In this document: in pieces, positions 25,372 through 37,754 of the stretch
Numbering within the stretch: position 1 is the stretch's first letter
How the letters are laid out: every line of letters starts with the position of its first letter
Source of the DNA: Pristiophorus japonicus
Taxonomy: Eukaryota
Assembly: GCF_044704955.1 (NCBI RefSeq)
Contig: NC_091977.1
Span: forward strand, 195,176,001-195,240,000
Direction: 5' to 3'
DNA: 64,000 nucleotides
The notes under the pieces: generated by a model
Told to the model about the DNA's origin: nothing
The model's input: the letters and a program-made list of their open reading frames with translations, nothing else
Database searches by the model: none
Program-made: the position numbers and the translations under genes

Positions 25372-26015
25372 GTCTCTGGAGGAGATTAAAGATAGAAAGG
25401 GATGAAACCATGAAAGGATTTAAACACAAAGATGAGAATTCCTGGATGGGAAGTCAGCCAGAGGAACTTAGGAAACTAGGGCTCAATTTTCCCTGGTCAT
25501 TTGCTCCGTTTTTTTGGTGCGTGCTGTTTTTTCTGGCGTATTTATTTTTTTCCATGTTTCCCCTTGTGATCTATGCTGGCTTAACTGACATAGTTATGAT
25601 TTTTCTAGGCCAGTTTTTTTTGACGACATAGGGGGGCGTTCACTCATGTCTGTGCCGGTTTTTCAATTGTTCGCAGTTTGGCCCACATTTTTTTCTCTTA
25701 GGTCGGCATATCTGGCCACTCCCGAAAAACCTTCTGGTGAGTTAAGAAAACCAGTACACATTCACAAATCTGCGCTGAAAGACGCCATTGTTTTTAAATC
25801 GAAGATTTTGGAGCGAGTCAAGAAATCTGTCAAAATCAATAATAAAGCTCAATTTTTTTTACCTGTCAACGTAGAAGTGTAAATTGGAGAGAGAGAGAGA
25901 GATAACTAACTAACAAGGTGTGGTCCATCCATATAGACCTGGAGAGGTACAACTGCAAACCTGTGCTGCCTGCTTTCCTGCCATTTTGAGCTTCTTTCAA
26001 AGGTTAAATTTAAGT

Positions 26016-26717
26016 ATGGGGGCAATACTGACAATGCCACATCTTGTGCGAGCTTTATGCATCATGGTGCTATGTAGGAGACAATTGATTCGACTTCAAC
26101 GCATCAGGAACATCAGAGCCCGTAGAGTGCTGGCAGGAGGCCTCCGAGACAGGCGTTCGTACCTCCACCTCAGTGATGCAGATGGTGTCAGAAGGCTGCG
26201 CTTCCACAAAAAAGTTGTAAGTGAGATCTATGAGTTGGTCAAAGCAGTCCTGCAACCTAGTTGCATCAGGAGGACTGCTTTGTCAGTTGAAGTGAAGGTT
26301 AAAGCTGCACTTTCATTCTATGCCTCCGGATCGTTTCAAGCTACAACTGGGAATGTGTGTACCATCTCTCAACATGCAACACATGTCTCCATTCGCCAGG
26401 TCACGGCTGCACTGTACGCGCGTAGGAATGACTTCATAAAGTTCCCCATGACCGCCCAAGCAATCCATGACAGGGCTTCGGTCTTCTCCAGGATTGCTGG
26501 CTTCCCAAAGGTACAGGGCTGCATTGATTGTACCCACACCACCTTTCGAGCACCTTTGAAGGATTCTGAGATGTACAGGAACAGAAAAGACTTCCACTCC
26601 ATTAATGTGCAGCTCATATGTGATGACATGCATGACAGCGGAAGAGGGCGTGCTCCTTTAACGATTGCTCGAGCCTTGCACCAGCAACTCATCCGTGAAC
26701 GCTATACTGATGCCTGA
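26016..26717 (+). pseudogene. Harbinger (HARBI1-like) transposase with an internal deletion of most of the DDE domain
   Basis: RRLRF...ALSVEVKVKAALSFYASGSFQ...AGFPKVQGCIDCTH...YRNRKDFHSINVQLICD, then a direct jump to a C-terminal ARALHQQLIRERY. The GD.GY and E-containing catalytic blocks are absent. Confidence 0.88.
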
Positions 26718-27029
26718 GGGCTCAGCGACAACTATTCCACATGGACATGTTTACTGTTTGGAGCTGTTCCGTAATGTGTTGTGTTAATGGAACATGATTC
26801 AGTTTTAATGTAAAATATATGTTATTCAAAAGTTTAGAATGTACTGAACTTAACTTTAATAAAATTATTCTTGTATCAAATTTTACTTTAATATCACTCT
26901 TTAAGATCACTTATAAACTTGTAAATTTACATAACTTACAAAAAACTTTTAATTTGAGAAGAGTTACAACAGTAACAACAACAACATCAGCAGCAAAGAA
27001 AGGCTGCACCCATCTCTCCTCCCCCTCAG

Positions 27030-28640
27030 TCTAAGGACCCCTGCTGCGCTTGGTCTTGGACATTCCACCACCAGGCGGTGGCGCAGTATTTCTGGGCTTG
27101 ATATCAAGCTTATTCTTTCTAACATCTCGGGTACTGCGCACCTCTTGAGGGTGGGGGAGGGGTGGGGGGCGTCAGTGTCAGACGGCAAGTTGGAGGGCCC
27201 AGCTTTGGGCTCTTCAGGGGTTGGTGTGAGGATTGCAGTGGGAGTGACAGTTGATTCTGTCAATGGGCACGGGGTCTGGGCGTGTTCCCTTATTGCAGCA
27301 ACATGCCGTCCCTCACATGTCCTGACAGTGTCTCAATGACCTGCAACATTCCTTCGCTCATGTTGAGCAAAACTATCTGAACTACCTGCAACATTCCCTC
27401 TCTCATGGTCAGTGACGTGGTTTGCACTACCTCTGACATTCCCTCCCTCATGGCCACCAGTCCTTCACTGATGGTCCCGGATATCATTCCCATTTCTCGT
27501 ATCATTGCTGTTACTTCTCCCGACAGTCCGGCTACCTCATCACTCACCCCACTGATGCCGTCCAGGAGTGATCGGGTAAGGTCAACGCTCTCTGCACTCA
27601 ATTACATCATCTGAACCACATCTGTTAGATCCTGCACCTCAGGAGAGCACGGTCGAGCTCTCCTTCCCCTCCTCCCCACGGGTGTGGCTCACATCCCACC
27701 ACTGGGACCCGCAACCTCGGAAGGTGGGGCTCTCACTGGGACCCGCAACCTCGCAAAGTGGGGCCATGGGTGTGCCTCGCTGCACCACACCACTAGGACC
27801 TGCAACCTCAGAAGGTGTGTAACCATGGAATGTTCCACCAACACTCAAACCACTAGTCACAGAAGGGGTTGTCACCTCCATGAGCGGCACTTCCTCCAAA
27901 GTCAGTACAACAGTGGGAGCTTCATCCAGCTTCATCCCCTCCTCCTCGTCCCATGGATGGATTGGAAGATGTTATCTTCAGGCTCGTCCGCATCTGAATC
28001 ATCTTCTGCATCGTCAGGGTTGGCCTCGAGTTCCGCAAAATATAACAGAACAGTCAAATGGTTAGCAGCAGAGGAGGGGGCAAGATGGGTAGCATCAGTA
28101 GGCTCACACATCGCAGGCCAGGCAGCAGGTTGATTTGAAGGACCATGATGAATTTGCAGGGCTTACCCTCTCCCTCGAGTGTGGGCCCCGCTTGTGCAGT
28201 GGTGGTTGTTTTTTCCAGGTAGGACCCATCAAAGCAGCGACCCTCTCTTCCAAGGATGTCAGTGGGTGCAGATTTGCCGGGCCTCCTCCTGTTCGAGTTC
28301 TTTCCCTTTTATTATGTGTCACCTTCCTCTGCAAAGATGAAAATGCAACTTTTTAGAGAGAGTGTCTTTCTGTGGGGTCATATACAGCTGGTCACATTTA
28401 CAATTGCATTGAATAAATGAAAATATTACTTGCACTAACTACTTAACCAAGGTCCTGCCATTTCTTTTTACACTGGCTCCAGATCTCGTGGTGGTGACCA
28501 TTGCACCGTAATCTTCTGCAACTTGCTTCCAGCGTTTCTTCATTTCTTTTGGTGGGATTTTTATGTGACCTCTGCTGGTGTCCAGCTCCTGCCATCTGTT
28601 CTCAATCACAGTAACTAGTGTCTCCACTTCTTCCTGTCAG
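27030..28640 (-). pseudogene. Harbinger Myb/SANT-like DNA-binding protein gene, 3 exons (approx. 28640-28434, 28328-28167, 28032-27030), degraded
   Basis: KKRWKQVAEDY...RS..QCKKKWQDL joined to RKVTHNKRERTRTGGGP. Acceptor ttttcatctttgcag and donor G/gtaagc are intact; donor 1 reads GCAAGT and acceptor 2 tttgcgg (mutated). Acidic linker and 11-aa MREGM repeats. Confidence 0.8.
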
Positions 28641-28962
28641 GCGCAGCACTTGTAACACACACAACTGGCTCTTTAAAAATGGCCGATTGCCAAATCCGAG
28701 CTGTACTGAGCATGCGCGTCCATTGGTACGACGTCAAAAACATAACTTTTTTTCCTGCACATGCGCAGAAGGTACGGCATTGTTTTTTTGCCATAAACAG
28801 CAGGCTCCACCCCCCGAGGCGACTGGACACGCTGTGTGGCGTCAAATTCGAATTATACATCGGGGAAACTTTGGCAAAATATTTCTGCCGCATTTCTGGC
28901 CTGGACAAATGGGCGTAACTCTGGCAATACGCCAGAAAACGGGCTTGGGGAAAATTGATCCC

Positions 28963-29329
28963 CTAGAAACAGGAGTAGGCCATTTGTCCCTGAAGTCTGC
29001 TCTGCCATTCACTTTAGATCATGGATGATCTGTACTTCAACTCCATTTATTTGCCCTTGCTCCATATCCCTTGATACCCTTAACTAACAAAAATCTATCA
29101 ATATTCGTCGTGAAAATTTCAACTGACAGCATCCACAGTCTTTTAGGGGAGAGAAACCCTAATTTCCACTACCCTTTGTGTGAAAAAATACTTCCTGATT
29201 TTACTCCTAAATGACCTACCTCTAATTTTGAGATTATGCTGCTTATTATGGATTCCCCCACCAGTGGAAATAGTTTCTCTATATCTACCCTATCTGATCC
29301 CATTAACATTTTAAAGACCTTGATTAAAT
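28963..29329 (-). mobile_element. CR1 3' end (continues at 31489)
   Basis: DLIKVFKMLMGSDRVDIEKLFPLVGES. Host of both the Harbinger and the hAT-like insertions. Confidence 0.8.
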
Positions 29330-29404
29330 CAGTGATATCAAATTTTTTAGTTGAAGGACCCCTATTCAAATGGATTAGTAATCAAGGACCCCCGATCTAA
29401 AACG

Positions 29405-29612
29405 TCACCGAGAGCATGCACAAAACAAGCACAGGCAGTGGAAGGAGCGTGCGGCAAACCAGACTCCCCAACCACCCTTTTCTTCAATGACTGTCTGTCC
29501 TACTTGTGACAGAGACTGTAATTTCTGCATTGAACTGTACAGTCATCTGAGAACTCACTTTTAGAGTGGAAGCAAGTCTTCCTCGATTTCGAGGTACTTC
29601 CTATGATGACGA
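29405..29612 (+). mobile_element. RTE 3' end nested in the hAT-like element
   Basis: CPTCDRDCNFCIELYSHLRTHF and tail atgatgacgat. Confidence 0.75.
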
Positions 29613-29855
29613 TAATCTAAAATTTAATTCTAATAAATCATAATACAAAAGTGCTGCATGTAAAAAGTGTTTTAATAATGCTTATAAGAACACAGGTAAT
29701 GCCAGCCCCGCCATAAATCAAGGGACAAACTCTTAAAAATTAAGAGATTTGGTATAGAATTATGAGTTGCTATTTTTTCAAACATTTTTTTCTTTCTGGA
29801 AGTGATAAATTCTTCAATTCAGAATGAAGGGACTGTGTGTGTGGGGTCCGTGTGT

Positions 29856-29947
29856 GTATCCAACCTTTTGACACACCAGCAAGCTCACACTGGCGAGAGG
29901 CCATTCAGCACCTCCGTGTGTGAGAACAGATTCACTAATTCATCCTG
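29856..29947 (+). pseudogene. C2H2 zinc-finger gene fragment
   Basis: SNLLTHQQAHTGERPFSTSVCENRFTNSS: HxxxH, TGERPF linker and a degenerate next finger. Confidence 0.75.
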
Positions 29948-30094
29948 TTGGAAAAACGTGATCCACGCCTCAGGGTGGGGGGAAAAAGTGATCCGTCATC
30001 CCATCTGGATTATGTTTTGCTCTCATCCCCCCCGCCAAACCCCACCCACCCTTATATCTGGATCACGTTCTTCACCCATTCACGCTGTTCTCTC

Positions 30095-31305
30095 CATACT
30101 CCATAACAGCCTAACCCCCCACTCCCCCCCCCAGTTCCTGACCTCCCAACCCCTGCTGAGTTCCTAACCTTCCCCCGCCCCCAGTTCTTGACCTTCCCCT
30201 CTCCCACCCCCCCCCCAACCCACACCCCCCAGTTCCTGACCTTCACACCATCCCGCACCAGTTGATGACCTTCCTCCCTCACCGAGTTCCTGACCTTTCT
30301 CCTCCCCCAACACATTCCTGGCCTCCTCCACGCTCCCCCCCCCCCCACCCACTGCCCCCAGTTCCTGACCTACGCCCCCTCCCCCCACACCAATTGATGA
30401 CCTTCCCCCCCCTCCTCTCAGTTCCTGACCTTCACCCCTCCCCCCCACCAGGTTCCTGACCTTTGTCCCTCCCCCCGGGTTCCTGACCGTCTCCTCCACT
30501 CCCTCCCCCAGGGTTCCTGACCTTCCAAACCCGCCCCCCCCCGAGCCTTACCTTCCCCCCACCACCCTCCCCCCCATGTTTCTGACCTTTTCTCCCCGAG
30601 TTCCTGACCACCCCACCTCCCCAGATCCTGACCTTCACACCTTCCTCCCCCACCGAGTTCCTGATCTTTCCCCTCCTCCGCCATTAAAACTGAGATGAGG
30701 AGGAATTTCTTCTCTCAGAGGGTTGTAAATCTGTGGAATTTGCTGCCTCAGAGAGCTGTGGAAGCTGGGACTGAATAAATTTAAGACAGAAATAGACAGT
30801 TTCTTAACCAATAAGGTGATAAGGGGTTATGGGGAGCGGGCAGGAAAGTGGACCTGAGTCCATGATCGGATCAGCCATGATCTTATTGAATGGCGGAGCA
30901 GGCTCGAGGGGCCGTATGGCCTGCTCCTGCTCCTGTTCCTTATGTTCTTATGTTCCTGGCCTCCTCCACCATTCCCATCTACCACTTCCCCCCCCCCCCA
31001 CCCCGTTCCTAACCTGGTCTCCCCAGATCAGTTGATGACCTTCCCTCCCCCCGCACCCCCAGTTCCTGACCTTCGCCCCCCCCTCATGTTCCTGACGCCC
31101 TCCCCCCCCCCCCGCTGAGTTCCTGACCACCCCCTCCCCCATCAGTTCCTGATGTTATTACCCCTCCCCTGAGCCGTACCTTCCTACTCCCCACCCCCCA
31201 CCCCCACAGCCTTACTCCCCCCTCCCGCACGCCAGTTCCTGACCTTCTCTCCCATGTTCCTGACCTTGCCTTCCCCTCCAACCGCTGAGTTCCTGACCTC
31301 CCCAT
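30095..31305. repeat. C-rich degenerate minisatellite (core agttcctgacc plus poly-C)
   Basis: More than 20 copies of (c)cagttcctgacct(t) separated by C-runs; interrupted by a CR1 3' end. Confidence 0.9.
30684..30953 (+). mobile_element. CR1 3' end inserted in the minisatellite
   Basis: aaaactgagatgaggaggaatttcttc...cctgttccttatgttcttatg. Confidence 0.9.
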
Positions 31306-31797
31306 CCCCTATAATATGACTATTATTGGGGATTTTGGTGGGCGAGTACACTGACAATTCAAGGAACGCACCTGTTGCGGATTGGACAGTTTAAAGAGGA
31401 CTGGCTGCTGATTTCAAAGCAAGGACGTGCTGCTGCTCCCAATTTATTTCCCAGATCCTTCGCGGACCCCCCAGTTTGAGAAATGCAGGATTAGATCACC
31501 CCTCAACCTTCTAAACTCAAGGAAATACTAATCAAGTTTATCCAAGGAGGATTGGAAGATTGTGGCGAGTGCCTCTGCAATTTCCACTGTTGCTACCCTC
31601 AGTAACCTAGGATGCATCCTACCAGATTGGGTGACTTTTCTACTTACAATCCATAAATGGTGCTGATATAGTTAAAGGATTAAAATAAAATGTATCCTTG
31701 GATATGGGGGTGGTGTCAGAGGACTGCGGGATCTCCCTCTTGCTAGTTTGGTACAATCTGTAAAGTTGACCACTTTGAATTGAGTTTCTAAATCCAT

Positions 31798-32617
31798 GGG
31801 GGAAATTTTAACCCCCAGTAATGGGCAGTTTGTGGTGGGTGGGATGTGAAAATGTTCCACTTCCAGCAGCGGGAGGAGGGGCAGGCAACCAAGCTGTTTG
31901 CAGGAGGGGAGGGGGCTTGCTTGCAGGAGGGGGGGGGGGGGCTTGCTTGCCGGAGGTGGGGGGGGCTTGCTTGCAGGAGGGGGGGGTTGGCAATTTAAAT
32001 ATAATGAGCCGGGCAGCCCCATATTTACCCACCATTTTAAATTTAACCCTTGCCACGAGAAACCTGGCAATGAAAGGGGGGTGAGGACTACTGGATCCAG
32101 GAGGTAAGTGCCTTTCCACTTAACAGCTGGATCCAGCTTACCTGTTTCACCCACCGCAGCAGATACTCCCCTGACCCTTCCGATCTCCTCCACGCGGCCT
32201 CCAATTTCACCCGCCCCCGATTCTTACAATCTCCTCTCTGCTCTGGACTCCGACCTTCCTTGTGGCATCTGGACTCTGATCACTCCGGCCTCTGATCTCC
32301 CCAATGTTGCCCGGCTCATGACTCCCCGATCTTCCTCACCCTGCTCCAATTTCCCCCTCGGCTCAAAAGTCCCGATCTTCCTCCCCCCCACAATCCCTCC
32401 TTTTCACACCCCGGCTGCGGCCTGCTCCCAAAGGCCTACCTGCCCAATAGCCAGCCAACCTCTCAATCTGGCTGGCTGTGGTTGGGAAACGGAGACACAA
32501 AATATTAATCAGGTTCTGCCGTTAAATTCGGTAGGGCTTGATGGAAATCTATTTTCTGGGTTTCCCAACCTTAATTTAGCAGCCGCCCCCCCAGCTCCCA
32601 AGTTAATATCCAGCCCC
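31798..32617. mobile_element. Probable MITE (Harbinger-like ends) with an internal ggggcttgcttgcaggagg tandem repeat
   Basis: Imperfect TIRs GGGGGAAATTTTAAC / GTTAATATCCAGCCCC; GC-rich, non-coding. Confidence 0.5.
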
Positions 32618-33609
32618 AAGTCTTTGGTGTAAATTTAAAAATAGCAGTAGTCCCAGCATATAGCCTTGGGGTACCCCACTCTGTATTTCCTCGCCTGACA
32701 TAACACCTGTAACAAGTACTTATTTTCTTTTAATCCTTCAGCTAGTTTCTTATCCATTCCCAGATTTACACTGAATCCCTGCAGCTTTGAGTTGAAGTAA
32801 TAGTTTCATGTACACCATGTTGAGGTTACCACAGTTCACTTAGGTTGCCAATTCCTCAAGGAGATTGGTCAGGAGTACATACCCCTTCTGAATGTTGACT
32901 CCCATTTACTAACTTATATAGAAGCTACTCAAGTTTATTCCTGATTAATTCTGATATTGTACGCAGAACAGAAGTCGAATAGGTTTGTACCATGTCTAAA
33001 TGGGTGCCACTTTTGTCCCCTTTTTGAATTCGGGCACCACATATCCTGTTTCCAATTTACTGGTACCTCACCAGTGTCATGATACCCTTAATCATTGTCA
33101 GTGCCTCACAAATCCTCTTCTCTGTCTCTCTCAGCGCTCTGTAATTACTACCATCTATCACTGGGGACTTACTGGTTTCAGTCATTTGTTCAGGAAGGCC
33201 TGTTGCTCATGTTTTGCCTTGCAAGAAAAAGTCACATCTCAGCATTCTCACACGTTCGCTCAGACATTTACACCATGCACTTTGTATCAGTTCGTAGCAC
33301 TGTCAGCTTCACCTTGATGCAATGTTTATGAATGCAGCTGAATTGCATCTAGGCAAGTGGTGCCTTCTGGAATATAGCTTCACATCCACTGTAATATAAT
33401 GACAACCGTTACAAAGCAAAATTTGAAGAGTTCATAAGTCCACTGGACTGCCTTGGAAATTGTTTTCAATTTTTGCCCTAATATTTTCCCTTTTTTCTTT
33501 TGAAGACACACACTTCTGTTGGGATATTGTTCCACAGGCACCAGCAGCCATCTAGAACCCCTCCAATTGGCCATTCTTCTGTAGTGAGCCTGGACAATGA
33601 GTGGTAGCA

Positions 33610-33981
33610 GAATAAATGATAAATAAATCAATAAATCAATCAACAAATTAATTTTAAAAAAATTTAAAATTAAAAATAATTTTAAAAAATCAATCAATAA
33701 AAAATTAAGTTTCTACTTACTGACTGCAGCACCGGGAGCACTCCAGCAGTGTGCTGGGACGGCCCCCACCCCCAGTGTCTATCTCTCTCTGTCTGTCAGT
33801 GTCTCTCTCTCTCTCTCTCTGTCAGTGTCTCTCTCTCTCTGTCAGTGACTGTCTGCTTCTGACAGCAAGGAGTGGGGGAGGGGAGGGGAGAGGAGAGGGG
33901 AGGGGAGGGGAGGGAGAGAGAGGAGGGGAGGGAAGGAGGTGGGAGAGGTGAGGGAGAGGAGGGGGGGGAGAGGAAAGGGAG
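33610..33981. repeat. Low-complexity tract (A-rich, (CT)n, polypurine), probably an internal fragment of a DNA transposon
   Basis: (aatc/aata)n, tctctctgtcagtg repeats and ggggagg runs. Confidence 0.6.
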
Positions 33982-36900
33982 GGAGGGGGGGGAGGAAGGA
34001 GAGGGCCTTCATAGCTAGGGGATTTGAGTATAGGAACAGGGAGGTCTTACTGCAGTTGTACAGGGCCTTGGTGAGGCCACACCGTGAATATTGTGTTCAG
34101 TTTTGGTCTCCTAATCTGAGGAAGGACATTCTTGCTATTGAGGGAGTGCAGCGAAGGTTCACCAGACTGACTCCCGGGATGGCGGGACTGACATATGAGG
34201 AATGACTGGATCAACTGGGCCTTTGTACGCTGGAGTTTAGAAGGATGAGAGGGGAACTCATAGAAAATTACAAGATTCTGACAGGACTGGACAGGTTAAT
34301 ATAAGAACATAAGAACATAAGAATTAGGAACAGGAGTAGGCCATCCAGCCCCTTGAGCCTGCTCCGCCATTCAACAAGATCATGCCTGATCTGGCCGTGG
34401 ACTCAGCTCCACTTATCCGCCCGCTCCCCATAACCCTTAATTCCCTTATTGGTTAAAAATCTATCTATCTGTGATTTGAATATATTCAATGAGCTAGCCT
34501 CAACTGCTTCCTTCGGCAGAGGATTCCACAGATTCACAACCCTCTGGGAGAAGAAATTCCTTCTCAACTCAATTTTAAATTGGCTCCCCCGTATTTTGTG
34601 ACTGTTCCCCCTAGTTCTAGTCTCCCTGACCAGTGGAAACAACCTCTCTGCCTCTATCCTGTCTATCCCCTTCATTATTTTAAATGTTTCTAGAAGATCA
34701 CCCCTCATCCTTCTGAACTCCCAGTCTACTCAATCTATCATCATAAGGTAACCCCCTCATCTCTGGAATCAGCCTAGTGAATCGTCTCTGTACCCCTTCC
34801 AAAGCTAGTATATCCTTCCTTAAGTAAGGTGACCAAAATGGCACGCAATACTCCAGGTGTGGCCTCACCAATACCCTGTACAGTTGCAGCAGGATCTCCC
34901 TGCTTTTGTACTCCATCCCTCTCGCAATGAAGGCCAACATTCCATTCGCCTTCCTGATTACCTGCTGTACCTGCAAACTAACAGTTTGGGATTCATGCAC
35001 AAGGACTCCCAGGTCCCTCTGCACCGCAGCATGTTGTAATTTCTCTCCATTCAAATAATATTCCCTTTTAATGTTTTTTTTTCCAAGGTGGATGACCTCA
35101 CATTTTCCGACATTGTATTCCATCTGCCAAACCTTAGCCCATTCGCTTAACCTATCTAAATCTCTTTGCAGCCTCTCTGTGTCCTCTACACAACCCGCTT
35201 TCCCACTAATCTTTGTGTCATCTGCAAATTTTGTTACACTACACTCTCTCCCCTCTTCCAGGTCATCTATGTATATTGTAAACAGTTGTGGTCCTAGCAC
35301 CGATCCCTGTGGCACACCACTAACCACCGATTTCCAACCCAAAAAGGACCCATTTATCCCGACTCTCTGCTTTCTGTTAGCCAGCCAATTCTCTATCCAT
35401 GCTAATACATTTCCTCTGACTCCACGTACTTTTATCTTCTGCAGTAACCTTTTGTGTGGCACCTTATCGAATGCCTTTTGGAAATCTAAATACACCATAT
35501 CCATCGGTACACCACTATCCACCATGCTCGTTATATCCTCAAAGAATTCCAGTAAATTAGTTAAACATGATTTCCCCTTCATGAATCCTTGTTGTGTCTG
35601 CTTGATTGCACTATTCCTATCTAGCTGTCCCTCTATTTCTTCCTTAATGATAGCTTCAAGCATTTTCTCCACTACAGATGTTAAACTAACCGGCCTATAG
35701 TTACCTGCCTTTTGTCTGTCCCCTTTTTTTAAACAGAGGTGTTAGATTAGCTGCTTTCCAATCCGATGGCACCTCCCCAGAGTCCAGAGCATTTTCGTAG
35801 ATTATAACGAATTCATCTGCTTTAACTTCTGCCATCTCTTTTAATACCATGGGATGCATTTCATCAGGACCAGGGGACTTGTCTACCTTGAGTCCCATTA
35901 GCCTGTCCAGCACTACCCCCCTTGTGATAGTGATTGTCTCAAGGTCCTCCCTTCCCACATTCCCTGTGACCAGCAATTTTTGGCATGGTTTTTGTGTCTT
36001 CCACTGTGAAGACCGAAGCAAAATAATTGTTTAAGGTCTCAGCCATTTCCACATTTCCCATTATTAAATTCCCCTTCTCATCTTCTAAGGGACCAATATT
36101 TACTTTAGTCACTCTTTTCCGTTTTATATATCGCTAAAAGCTTTTACTATCTGTTTTTATGTTTTGCGCAAGTTTACTTTCGTAATCTATCTTCCCCTTC
36201 TTTATTGCTTTCTTAGTCATTCTTTGCTGTCGTTTAAAATTTTCCCAATCTTCTCGTTTCCCACTAACCTTGGCCACCTTATACGCATTGGTTTTTAATT
36301 TGATACTCTCCTTTATTTCCTTGCTTATCCACGGTTGGTTATCCCTTCTCTTACTGCCTTTCTTTTTCACTGGAACATATTTTTGTTGAGCACTATGAAA
36401 GAGCTCCTTAAAAGTCCTCCACTGTTCCTCAATTGTGCCACCATTTAGTCTGTGTTCCCAGTCTACTTTCGCCAATTCTGCCCACATCCCACTGTAGTCC
36501 CCTTTGTTTAAGCATAGTACGCTCATTTGAGACACTACTTCCTCACCCTCAATCTGTATTACAAATTCAACCATACTGTGATCACTCATTCCGAGAGGAT
36601 CTTTTACAAGGAGATCATTTATTATTCCTGTCTCATTACACAGGACCAGATCTAAGATAGCTTGCTCCCTTGTAGGTTCTGTAACATACTGTTCTAAGAA
36701 ACAATCCCGTATGCATTCTATGAATTCCTCCTCCAGGCTACCCCGTGCGATTTGATTTGACCAATCGATATGTAGGTTAAAATCTCCCATGATTACTGCC
36801 GTTCATTTTTCACATGCCTCCATTATTCCCCTGATTATTGTCTGCCCCACTGTGAAGTTATTATTTGGGGGCCTATAAACTACACCCATCAGTGACTTTT

Positions 36901-37441
36901 TCCCCTTACTATCTCTAATCTCCACCTACAATTATTCAACATTTTGTTCATTAGAGCCAATATCGTCTCTCACAACTGCCCTGATATCATCCTTTATTAA
37001 CAGAGCTACCCCACCTCCTTTCCCTTCTTGTCTATCTTTCCGAATTGTCAGATACCTCTGTATGTTTAATTCTCAGTCTTGGCCACCCTGCAACCATTAG
37101 ATGCGGGAAGAATGTTCCCGATGATGGGGAAGTCCAGAACCAGGGGACACAGTCTTAGGATAAGGGGTAGGCCATTTAGGACTGAGATGAGGAGAAACTT
37201 CTTCACTCAGAGGGTTGTTAACCTGTGGAATTCCCTACCGCAGTTCATGATGCCAGTTCATTGGATATATTCAAGAGGGAGTTAGATATGGCCCTTACGG
37301 CTAAAGGGATCAAGGGGTATGGAGAGAAAGCAGGAACCGGGTACTGAGGGAATGATCAGTAATGATCTTATTGAATCGTGGTGCAGGCTCGAAGGTCCGA
37401 ATGGCCAACTCCTGCACCTATTTTATATATTTCTATGTTTA
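33982..37441 (+). mobile_element. CR1 3' fragment split by a nested antisense CR1
   Basis: AFIARGFEYRNREVLLQLYRALVRPH (33982-34298) resumes as LDAGRMFPMMGKSRTRGH at 37097. Confidence 0.9.
34299..37096 (-). mobile_element. CR1 LINE (different subfamily), 5'-truncated within the EN domain, TSD TTA
   Basis: MGDFN and SDHS (EN); DFQKAFD, GVPQGSVLGP and KFADD (RT); (ataagaac)n tail. Confidence 0.95.
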
Positions 37442-37754
37442 CTTGACCATGGATTACTTCACAGCTCACCCAATACTATTCTCATCTGACATTCACCCAC
37501 GAGCAAGAGTCATTGGTTAGCAATCAGGAGCAGGAGCCTGGCTGAAATTCTCCTTTCCTTGCCATTATCCCAAGGAAACGGAGGCCAATTCTAGTGCCCA
37601 ACTTACTGCACCAGCTGAGATTAGGAATCATCGAAAGACCTTCTGGTGCTTGGTGCTACACCAGGTGCTTACTTTCAACCATTAGCCCATTGCCTAAACT
37701 GCCTGTAACAGAGAGCTAACAGGATAGTCAAATTTTTACCATCACTGAAATTTA

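Larger units (their letters stand above)
25479..28962. mobile_element. PIF/Harbinger DNA transposon with convergent transposase and Myb/SANT genes
   Basis: TIRs GGGCTCAATTTTCCC ... GGGAAAATTGATCCC; 3-bp TSD CTA; inserted in a CR1 tail (ggaaacta/gaaacaggagtaggcc); both diagnostic genes present. Confidence 0.92.
29330..31488. mobile_element. Non-autonomous hAT (Charlie-like) DNA transposon with cargo
   Basis: 8-bp TSD GATTAAAT / GATTAGAT splitting a CR1. Degenerate TIRs CAGTGATATCAAA... / ...GTTTGAGAAATGCAG. Subterminal GGACCCC motifs at both ends. Confidence 0.75.

Noticed and set aside
25920-26717. Domesticated host HARBI1 gene
   Set aside because: It sits between TIRs with a TSD and a partner Myb gene, so it is a transposon copy, and its catalytic core is deleted.
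30052-31305. Gly-rich and Pro-rich ORFs, and a CRISPR-like repeat/spacer appearance
   Set aside because: These are by-products of a C-rich minisatellite. The spacers are homopolymeric, the context is eukaryotic and there are no cas genes.
31672-32632. Pro-rich ORFs of 173-174 aa
   Set aside because: They arise from GC-rich MITE sequence and a short tandem repeat.
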